NCBI GenBank assembly: GCA_963817915.1
Contig: CAWFQL010000009.1
Location: 192,001 to 256,000 of the forward strand
Source of the DNA: an uncultured candidate division Zixibacteria bacterium
GTDB taxonomy: Bacteria; Zixibacteria; MSB-5A5; UBA10806
Length of the DNA: 64,000 nt
Direction: 5' to 3'
Numbering within the stretch: position 1 is the stretch's first letter; the number at the start of each line of letters is the position of its first letter. The position numbers and the translations under genes were made by a program. Below are positions 1 to 7,545 of this stretch, piece after piece. The notes under the pieces are model-generated. The model ran no database searches, was not told the origin of the DNA, and saw nothing but the letters and a program-made list of their open reading frames with translations.

Positions 1-6
1 CTCCTC

Positions 7-744
7 ATGTCGAAATCGGAAAAAACAATCGTCCTCCTCAGCGGCGGACTGGACTCTGTCACGGCGTTGTATTACGCGCACAAAAACTATTTATCATCTG
101 TGAGAACGGGTGACCTCACCCGATCGACGCCAAATGTCGGGTCAGGCGACCCGACACCACAGCCAATCGCCGCTATCAGCTTCGATTACGGCTCCAAGCA
201 CAACCACAAGGAACTGCCATTCGCCGAATATCATTGCAAAAAGCTTGGCGTGACTCATTCGACAGTCAAATTGGATTTCATCGATAAGCTGTTCTCGTCG
301 AGCTTGCTCAAATCGGGCGGCGAGATCCCCGAGGGTCATTACGCCGATGACTCTATGCGGCAGACCGTGGTACCATTCCGCAATGGCATCATGCTATCGA
401 TCGCGGCGGGGTACGCCGAGAGTATCGGCGCCAACTCTATCGTAATCGCGGCGCACGCGGGCGATCACTCTATCTACCCCGATTGCCGCGAAGATTATAT
501 GCGCGCTATGGATGACGCTATCGCCAAAGGCACATATGCCGGTATTCATATTCTGCGGCCATTTATATCAATGACCAAGGCGCAGATCGTAACCGCCGGT
601 ATCGAGCTCGGTATCGATTACACCAAGACCTGGTCATGCTATAAGGGCGGTGAGATTCATTGCGGACGATGCGGCACCTGTGTCGAACGCCGCGAAGCCT
701 TCAACTTCGCCGGAGTAGAGGACAGTACGAAGTACGAAGCATAA
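7..744 (+). CDS. queC: 7-cyano-7-deazaguanine synthase QueC, with an in-frame REP-derived insertion
   Basis: SGGLDS PP-loop, FDYG, VPFRN, YPDCR, TWSCY...HCGRCGTCVER Zn motif; extra ~21-23 aa around residues 31-53. Confidence 0.95.
   Translation: MSKSEKTIVLLSGGLDSVTALYYAHKNYLSSVRTGDLTRSTPNVGSGDPTPQPIAAISFDYGSKHNHKELPFAEYHCKKLGVTHSTVKLDFIDKLFSSSLLKSGGEIPEGHYADDSMRQTVVPFRNGIMLSIAAGYAESIGANSIVIAAHAGDHSIYPDCREDYMRAMDDAIAKGTYAGIHILRPFISMTKAQIVTAGIELGIDYTKTWSCYKGGEIHCGRCGTCVERREAFNFAGVEDSTKYEA
98..160. repeat. REP doublet (GTGAG-type plus GTGG-type hairpins) inside queC
   Basis: 135-160 is the exact reverse complement of 23292-23317; 98-127 matches the reverse complement of 23137-23166 at 26/30. 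Confidence 0.9.
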
Positions 745-751
745 ATGTATC

Positions 752-775
752 GTAGGGGCACAATATATTGTGCCC
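752..775 (+). repeat. GTAG-type REP hairpin
   Basis: gtaggggcacaatatattgtgccc; 1 mismatch to the copy at 3500-3523. Confidence 0.85.
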
Positions 776-907
776 AATGTGTGGGAGAGGTGAGTCGGAA
801 GGAGGGGATTGCTGGCGACGGGAGAAATAAGCTAAATAACTATTGATATCCATTTTAAAATCGCTATATTAAAGCCGTCAGGGTTGAAAAAATAAATTAA
901 GAAATAG

Positions 908-937
908 GTAGGTCAAAATCATTATTGTTTCGACATT
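908..937 (+). repeat. degenerate GTAG-type REP hairpin
   Basis: gtaggtcaaaatcattattgtttcgacatt matches 3378-3407 at 25/30. Confidence 0.7.
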
Positions 938-1041
938 ACGAAAATAAGAAAGCGCTAGTCAAGTGAAAAGATGATCATTTGTAATAAGATAAAGATGAAA
1001 CTTCATCAAGAGGACATAGCTAATTTCAAGGGAGAGCAAAA

Positions 1042-3174
1042 TTGGATGAATTTGTGAGCGATATTCTTGGAAGTTCGTATTTAGATATTTCTCAGAAGAG
1101 ATTTTGCTCATACCCACGCAATAAAATCAGATTACTAGCTCCCGCTGGAAGTGGGAAATCCAATTGTATTTTGTGGCGCTGCCTGAATATTCAACAATTG
1201 AATCCGAAAACTCCATCGAAATACATTGTCTTCACCTTCACAAAAATTGCATGCGAAGAGTTGAACAACAGACTGAATAAAGACAGAGCTTTTGAATCTC
1301 TAAAGGGGGTTGTAGAAATTACAACCCTAAATGCTTGGGGATGGAAATATATAAAATTGCATACGCGCGGAATTAATCTGATAGACACTACAAAAGCTCA
1401 ATACTCTTATATTTATTATTCATTAAGACCAGTTTGGCAATGCTATCCTAAAATAGAATATTTAATAAAGGAAAACGGTTCTGACGTAATTAAGGTTATT
1501 TATAATTCGATGGAAATTCTCAAATCGCTTGGTTTTCGGCACGATATTCACAATACTTTTGATATATTTCTAAAACATATGGATTACTTAATGCGAACGA
1601 GAATGGGGATTCGGATTAATGAACTAATCAAAAACCTTAAATCAATCAATATTATTGATTTAATTAATAATGATGAAACTTTATATAAGGCTTTTTATGA
1701 TTCGTTTTGGACTTTTTGGCTACAGGGATGCATATATTTGAACCATAAACGTCAATATACTTGGGAAGATCAGAAATACTGGCCTTTGATCGAACTCGAT
1801 AAATTATCTTCTGATAGCGAAATTAGGCATCTCCCCAATTATTCCTCCATATTTGTTGATGAATTCCAGGATATTAATATGCTTGACTTAAATTTATTGA
1901 AAACAATTGCTAAAATAAGCAATACTGATATTACAATTATAGGAGACGATGACCAGGCAATTTACGAATGGAGAGGTGCTACGCCTGAATTTATTCTAAA
2001 TCCGGACACATTTTTATCGGATGAGTATTTTACTATTACTTTGGGCGTCAATTATAGATCACCTACGAACATAATAGAATACACTCAAAGATTAATTAAA
2101 AACAATTTAAATAGAGTCGCCAAGGAAGTTGTCGCTAATTCTAACAATGAAGCCATTGTTGAGGCATTATACTTTGCAAATATTGGTGAAACATCAGCTT
2201 GGGTAATGGATTACATTAATGGATTCTTGAAAAAATCAGACATGACAACAATTGCATTAATTGCTCGAAAACGAAGTCAAATTATACCATATCAAATTAA
2301 ATTTGCTCTAGAAGGTATTCAGTATTATTGCGACGATGACCTACAGATATTTTTAAGCGATACATTCAATGAATTCAGAAATATTATGCTAATAAAATCG
2401 AATTTGGGGAAGCTAAACAGAAATAGTGCTGAGGTTGTTGAGGACTTTTTAAAAATCTGCGATTTTGTAAAAAAATACCGCGTAAAATCAAATGATAAAA
2501 ATGAAATAGGGAAATATCTAAATTCCAAACGTCCCTCAAATTTTGAAGCAGCTCTAAATATATTTAAATATTATTCTGGAGAATTAAAGGGCAACAATAG
2601 AAATGGAAAGATGACATTACTATTTTACGACATAATAAAAGAATTCGTCTCTGCAAATACCGTGACTGCTACAATCGAGTTCATAAATTCGTGCTTTCAA
2701 GGTCTTCAAAAGGACTATTCAAAAGCAATTGATGACGTTTTTTATGTTGATCCGCCATTTTTGTATCTAAGCGATTATGCACGAACATATGGTGATGATT
2801 ATTGTAAATTTTCAAATGATCTTACGCAAGCATGCGAAATGCTGGCCACGGTTTCAAGGGAATATAAAAGTGAGACGCAATTATTTAGGCTGCCATTGCA
2901 TCTTATGACTCCATTTCGAACCAAGGGAAAAGAATATGACGAAGTAATTATTCTAGATGCAAATGAAGGTATTTGGCCCATAAAATATGCTATTACACCT
3001 GATACGCTCGAAGCTGAACGCCGTCTATTTTATGTAGCCACAACGAGAACTCGCAATAAATTAAGTTTTCTTGTGAATTATAAAATGCTGGGAGAAAATA
3101 CTTCTAAAAGCCGTTTCCTTGATGAAATGGGTATAGCTCTTACTAGCCCTTTTATGAAAGTGCAAAATGTTTAG
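1042..3174 (+). CDS. UvrD/Rep-family SF1A DNA helicase (AT-rich, stand-alone)
   Basis: APAGSGKS, FTFT, VDEFQD, GDDDQAIYEWRG, NYRS, KGKEYD, ERRLFYVATTR motifs; TTG start after ggag. Confidence 0.9.
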   Translation: MDEFVSDILGSSYLDISQKRFCSYPRNKIRLLAPAGSGKSNCILWRCLNIQQLNPKTPSKYIVFTFTKIACEELNNRLNKDRAFESLKGVVEITTLNAWGWKYIKLHTRGINLIDTTKAQYSYIYYSLRPVWQCYPKIEYLIKENGSDVIKVIYNSMEILKSLGFRHDIHNTFDIFLKHMDYLMRTRMGIRINELIKNLKSINIIDLINNDETLYKAFYDSFWTFWLQGCIYLNHKRQYTWEDQKYWPLIELDKLSSDSEIRHLPNYSSIFVDEFQDINMLDLNLLKTIAKISNTDITIIGDDDQAIYEWRGATPEFILNPDTFLSDEYFTITLGVNYRSPTNIIEYTQRLIKNNLNRVAKEVVANSNNEAIVEALYFANIGETSAWVMDYINGFLKKSDMTTIALIARKRSQIIPYQIKFALEGIQYYCDDDLQIFLSDTFNEFRNIMLIKSNLGKLNRNSAEVVEDFLKICDFVKKYRVKSNDKNEIGKYLNSKRPSNFEAALNIFKYYSGELKGNNRNGKMTLLFYDIIKEFVSANTVTATIEFINSCFQGLQKDYSKAIDDVFYVDPPFLYLSDYARTYGDDYCKFSNDLTQACEMLATVSREYKSETQLFRLPLHLMTPFRTKGKEYDEVIILDANEGIWPIKYAITPDTLEAERRLFYVATTRTRNKLSFLVNYKMLGENTSKSRFLDEMGIALTSPFMKVQNV

Positions 3175-3247
3175 TCAATTACGATGTTTCTTTTTCTAGC
3201 CTTCGATTGTCCCCAGCAGCCCCTTCCGGTTCTCTTTCAAATCACTC

Positions 3248-3276
3248 TTGCCTCTTTTGGCGGCATATCTTATCAT
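3248..3276 (+). promoter_or_regulatory. sigma70-type promoter of tRNA-Arg
   Basis: TTGCCT-N17-TATCAT, 16 nt upstream of the tRNA. Confidence 0.65.
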
Positions 3277-3292
3277 ACAGGTGTTTGCGGAT

Positions 3293-3365
3293 GCCCCCGT
3301 AGCTCAGATGGATAGAGCAGCGGCCTCCGGAGCCGTGTGCGGCCGTTCAAGTCGGCCCGGGGGTA
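3293..3365 (+). tRNA. tRNA-Arg(CCG), CCA not encoded
   Basis: Cloverleaf: acceptor gcccccg/cgggggt, anticodon loop ctCCGga, T arm ggccg-ttcaagt-cggcc. Confidence 0.95.
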
Positions 3366-3377
3366 TTTTGATTTTGA

Positions 3378-3767
3378 GTAGGTCGAAACCTTTATGGTTT
3401 CGACAATTTGTATTAGGTGCTCGGATTCTTGGTAGAGATCGCAAAATCTTGCGTCTCTACATGATGTAGGGGCGTTTGACGAAAACGCCCATCAAAGCCG
3501 TAGGGGCACAATACATTGTGCCCGCAGCCCTAGATTCCTGCCGGTCAGAGGCCCGGCCCTTGACGGGCTTTCGCAGGAATGACAGGCAATGCAAGTTGTA
3601 GGTCGGGTTCCGAATGAGCGCAGCGATTGAGTAACCCGACAACTTTGACAAGATAAGATGGATTCCCGCATTCGCGGGAATGACAACAGGGGATTGGTAA
3701 TCGTCAGAATGGGATTCTTGACGACGCAATAAATTTCCGTAGGGGCGGGTTTGAAACCCGCCCCTAC
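3378..3767. repeat. mosaic array of at least 9 different REP-like hairpins
   Basis: GTAG hairpins at 3378, 3432, 3466, 3500, 3598 and 3739; ATTCC-N-GGAAT hairpins at 3533-3583 and 3660-3684; another hairpin at ~3701-3724. Confidence 0.9.
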
Positions 3768-3815
3768 ACGAGATAATGTGAAAAATACAATAACTTTGAC
3801 GAAATAAAGGTAAAG

Positions 3816-5531
3816 ATGCTCTGGAGCCAAACATTTATTCCAACATTGCGGGATGATCCGGCCGACGCCGTAATCGATTCCCATAAGCTACTGGTCCGCG
3901 CTGGATATATCCGTCAACTTACCGCAGGAGTATACAACTATCTGCCGTTGATGCACCGATCCTTGCAACGAATCATGACCATCATCCGTGACGAGATGGA
4001 CGCGGCAGGCGGTATCGAGGTTACCATGCCGGTACTGCATCCAGCCGAGCTCTGGCAGAAATCGGGACGATGGGACGTTGTCGGCAAAGAGCAGATGCGC
4101 ATGAAAGACCGCCATCAACGAGACCTGGTACTCGGCGGCACCCACGAGGAGGTCGTCACCTGGATTGTCCGCGGCGAGCTGCGCAGCTATCGTCAATTGC
4201 CGAAAAATATCTATCAGATACAGGTCAAATTCCGCGATGAGAAACGGCCCCGTTTCGGGCTGATGCGCGGACGAGAATTCATCATGAAGGACGCTTACAC
4301 TTTCGATGTAGATACCAAGGGCCTCCAGAGAGCCTATGACAATATGGCCAATACCTATTTCAAGATATTCCGCCGTTGCGGCTTCGATATCAAGATGGTC
4401 GAATCGGATGTCGGCGCCATGGGCGGCACCGGCGCGCATGAATTCATGGTGCTGGTCAATACCCAGGGCGGCGAAGAGGTCATCCTTTCATGCGATCATT
4501 GCGAATACTCCGCCAATGTTGAGAAGGCCACATCGATTGTAATGACCGATGAGCCGAGCCACGAGGAGCCGAAGGAAAAGGGAATGGTATTCACGCCCGG
4601 CATGAAGACTGTCGAGGAAGTGACATCATTCCTAAAGGTCGGGCCGGAGAAGCTCGTGAAGACATTGCTCTATCAGGCTGACGGCGAAACCGTAGCCGCC
4701 TTGATCCGCGGCGATCGCGATATCAATGAAATCAAATTGAAAAATCATCTCCGCTGCCTCGAATTGGAAATGGCGCCGCCGGAAGTCGTGACTCGAGTTA
4801 CAGGGGCGACGGTTGGATTCGCCGGACCGATCGGCTTGAAGGGGATTAGAATAATCGCCGACACCGAAGTTAGAGTTATGCGTAATTTCGTTGTCGGAGC
4901 CAATAAAGACGATACGCATATCATCAATGTCAATCTGCAGGACTTTGATGTCGAAGGTTACGCCGAAATCCGCAAGGCCGAGGCTGGTGAAATCTGCCCG
5001 CGCTGCAATCAGGGCCGCTTACAAGCATATTCCGGTATCGAGGTCGGCAATATATTCCAACTCGGCACCAAATATTCGGAAGCGTTGGGAGCAAATTTCA
5101 TCGATGCCGACGGTAATGAGCGGCCATTTGTCATGGGTTCGTACGGTATCGGAGTCACCAGAACCGCTCAGGCGGCTATCGAGGCTTTCCACGATGCCAA
5201 GGGGATTATCTGGCCGAAAAATATCGCGCCGTATGATTTCCTTATAGTCTTGTTGGGTATCGATGATCCCCGTCAAAAAGAGGTCGCCTTCGGTATCTAC
5301 GATGAGCTCCAGAAAAAAGGCTACAGTGTCCTCCTTGATGACCGTGATGAACGACCCGGTGTCAAATTCAATGACGCCGACCTTATCGGTATTCCGATTA
5401 GGATCGCTGTAGGCGAAAAGGGCCTAAAAGAGGGCAAAATCGAAATTGTCCGCAGAAAAGACCTCAAAATGGAAAAAGTCGCGGTCGAGAATGCGGTCGA
5501 ACAGATAATAAAGACCTGGAACGAGCTTTAA
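3816..5531 (+). CDS. proS: prolyl-tRNA synthetase (bacterial type, with editing domain)
   Basis: SHKLLVRAGYIRQ, FRDEKRPRFGLMRGREFIMKDAY, GIEVGNIFQLG, MGSYGIG, DDRDERPGVKF. Confidence 0.98.
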   Translation: MLWSQTFIPTLRDDPADAVIDSHKLLVRAGYIRQLTAGVYNYLPLMHRSLQRIMTIIRDEMDAAGGIEVTMPVLHPAELWQKSGRWDVVGKEQMRMKDRHQRDLVLGGTHEEVVTWIVRGELRSYRQLPKNIYQIQVKFRDEKRPRFGLMRGREFIMKDAYTFDVDTKGLQRAYDNMANTYFKIFRRCGFDIKMVESDVGAMGGTGAHEFMVLVNTQGGEEVILSCDHCEYSANVEKATSIVMTDEPSHEEPKEKGMVFTPGMKTVEEVTSFLKVGPEKLVKTLLYQADGETVAALIRGDRDINEIKLKNHLRCLELEMAPPEVVTRVTGATVGFAGPIGLKGIRIIADTEVRVMRNFVVGANKDDTHIINVNLQDFDVEGYAEIRKAEAGEICPRCNQGRLQAYSGIEVGNIFQLGTKYSEALGANFIDADGNERPFVMGSYGIGVTRTAQAAIEAFHDAKGIIWPKNIAPYDFLIVLLGIDDPRQKEVAFGIYDELQKKGYSVLLDDRDERPGVKFNDADLIGIPIRIAVGEKGLKEGKIEIVRRKDLKMEKVAVENAVEQIIKTWNEL

Positions 5532-5538
5532 AAAATAC

Positions 5539-5567
5539 TTGCATTTAAATTGCTAATCTGCTATAAT
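5539..5567 (+). promoter_or_regulatory. sigma70 promoter of the rimP-nusA-infB operon
   Basis: TTGCAT-N17-TATAAT with extended -10 TGn. Confidence 0.75.
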
Positions 5568-5577
5568 TTAGGCTTCT

Positions 5578-5601
5578 AGAGTGGGTCAGACCCACTCTTT
5601 T
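5578..5601 (+). promoter_or_regulatory. rimP leader hairpin (terminator-like)
   Basis: agagtgggtc-a-gacccactct followed by T run, directly upstream of rimP; resembles the conserved rimP leader. Confidence 0.75.
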
Positions 5602-5641
5602 GGTATGCAGTGATTAATTTATTCTCTACTACCAGGCAGAT

Positions 5642-6088
5642 ATGAAGATAAACGTGGATGAATTAAGGAGTAAATTGGAACCAATGGCCGAGGCTTTAGG
5701 GTTCGAATTAGTAGAGTTAACGGCGCCCGTGGTTGGGGGCAGGCTGATATTAAGGGCATTTATTCATTCCCCCAATGGTGTTAGGTTGGATGATTGCGCC
5801 AGAGTCAGCCGCGAATTTTCCGATCTCCTCGATACTGACGATCTTGTAAAGACGCGCTATACTTTGGAGGTTTCATCGCTGGGACTCGATAAGCCGTTGA
5901 TGAATTTAAAGGATTTTCAACGAAGAGTGGGCGAGAAGGTTAAAATTAAGTACACATTGGAAGATAAGGAAATGACCGTGCAGGGGATTCTGAAAAATGC
6001 TGATGAATCTTCTATCGGTCTCGATACAGGTGATGAAATAATAATGATTCCTGTGGCCGCAAATCCTAAGGGCAAAATTATTATCTGA
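5642..6088 (+). CDS. rimP: ribosome maturation factor RimP
   Basis: GVRLDDCARVSR, YTLEVSSLGLDKPL; upstream of nusA. Confidence 0.95.
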   Translation: MKINVDELRSKLEPMAEALGFELVELTAPVVGGRLILRAFIHSPNGVRLDDCARVSREFSDLLDTDDLVKTRYTLEVSSLGLDKPLMNLKDFQRRVGEKVKIKYTLEDKEMTVQGILKNADESSIGLDTGDEIIMIPVAANPKGKIII

Positions 6089-6114
6089 ATGGATTCGGCA
6101 CGGAGGGTTTTAAG

Positions 6115-7464
6115 ATGAATTATGATATTATAGAAGCATTTGGACAAATCGCTCAGGAGAAAAATCTTGAGCTTGAGTATGTTATGGAGACTGTCAAGAC
6201 AGCTCTCAAATCGGCAGTCAAGAAAAAATACAACGTCGAGTCGGATGATAATATCCGGGTCGAGATAAATCGAGCTGAAGGCGAAATCCAGGTTTTCCTT
6301 ACTAAGAAAGTCGTCGAAAACGTTGTAAATCCTATTCTCGAAATGTCTGTCGAAGAAGCGTCGGAATTCTATGAAGACGTGGAACTCGGGCAGGAGCTTG
6401 ATGTGCCATTGCCATTCGAGGAATTTGGCCGCAACGCTATCTCCACAGCCAAGCAGATATTGATTCAGCGTGTCCGCGAGGCCGAACGCGAGAAAATATT
6501 CCAGGAATACAAAGACCGTGTCGGCGAACTGGTCACGGGCAATGTACAGCAGGTTGATAAAGGCAATATCATTGTCAATCTGGGCCGAGCCGAAGCGGTG
6601 ATCACATCGCGCGAACAGATCAAAAAAGAAAAATTCCGCCAGGGCGACAGGATTCGTGCGGTCATTGTCGCGGTCGAGGATACCAATCGCGGCCCGCAGA
6701 TATCGCTATCCCGTGCATCCAATGATTTCCTGCGCAAGCTATTCGAAATGGAAGTCCCTGAATTAGCCGAAAAAATTATCGATATCAAGGCAATGGCCCG
6801 TGAAGCCGGTGAAAGATCAAAAGTCGCCGTCTACTCCAATGACGACAGAATTGACGCGGTCGGTGCTTGTGTCGGTGTCAAGGGTGTCAGAGTCCAGAAT
6901 ATTGTCAGGGAGCTTAACAACGAACGTATCGATATCGTACCCTGGTCATCGGAGCCGATGATATTCGTAACTAAGGCACTCGCTCCCGCTAAGATTGTCA
7001 ATGTCGATGTTTATCCCATAGATCGTAAAATGCTGGTCGCCGTGGCCGATGATAAATTGTCATTGGCTATTGGTAAGGCCGGACAAAATGCGCGTTTGGC
7101 TGCCAAGTTGACAGGATGGAAAATCAATATCATGTCAGCTACCGAATATGACGCGTTGAAGAAATCCGAAGAAGAGAAGCTTGTCGATATCGAAACAGTC
7201 GAAGCTATCGCGCCGAAAATGATTCAAAAACTCATTCAGGCCGGATTCGAAACCGCGCAGGATATTTTGGCCGCCGATATTGAACGGCTCACTAAGATCG
7301 AGGGCGTCGGCGATAAAACAGCGGAAAAGATTGTCGAAGCTGCGAAGCAAGCGGTCGAAAAGGCTGAAGAAGAATTAGCCAGGCAGGAATCTGCTGTAAG
7401 TGTTAAACCTGAAATGGAATTTTCTCCCGACGATGAAAGCCAGCCAAGACCTGAGGATTATTAG
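6115..7464 (+). CDS. nusA: transcription termination/antitermination factor NusA
   Basis: FGRNAISTAKQ, S1 and KH domains (AIGKAGQNARLAAKLTGWKINI), C-terminal HhH repeats. Confidence 0.98.
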   Translation: MNYDIIEAFGQIAQEKNLELEYVMETVKTALKSAVKKKYNVESDDNIRVEINRAEGEIQVFLTKKVVENVVNPILEMSVEEASEFYEDVELGQELDVPLPFEEFGRNAISTAKQILIQRVREAEREKIFQEYKDRVGELVTGNVQQVDKGNIIVNLGRAEAVITSREQIKKEKFRQGDRIRAVIVAVEDTNRGPQISLSRASNDFLRKLFEMEVPELAEKIIDIKAMAREAGERSKVAVYSNDDRIDAVGACVGVKGVRVQNIVRELNNERIDIVPWSSEPMIFVTKALAPAKIVNVDVYPIDRKMLVAVADDKLSLAIGKAGQNARLAAKLTGWKINIMSATEYDALKKSEEEKLVDIETVEAIAPKMIQKLIQAGFETAQDILAADIERLTKIEGVGDKTAEKIVEAAKQAVEKAEEELARQESAVSVKPEMEFSPDDESQPRPEDY

Positions 7465-7545
7465 TTATCGGATTTATCGTGGAGAAACATATTAATGGAC
7501 TCTATTAATTGGAAAAAGAATTTCTTGAATATTGGCGGGTAAGTT

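Noticed and set aside
7..3174. queC plus helicase as a Qat, Dpd or Gabija defence system
   Set aside because: QueC looks canonical and differs in base composition from the helicase. No QatA/QatD, DpdA or GajA partner is visible. Sequence upstream of queC cannot be seen.
3378..3767. CRISPR array
   Set aside because: The hairpins differ from one another, spacing is irregular, and no cas genes are present.
3248..3884. ORFs 3248-3469, 3457-3834 and 3492-3884 as genes
   Set aside because: They overlap the tRNA and the REP array and have no protein motifs.
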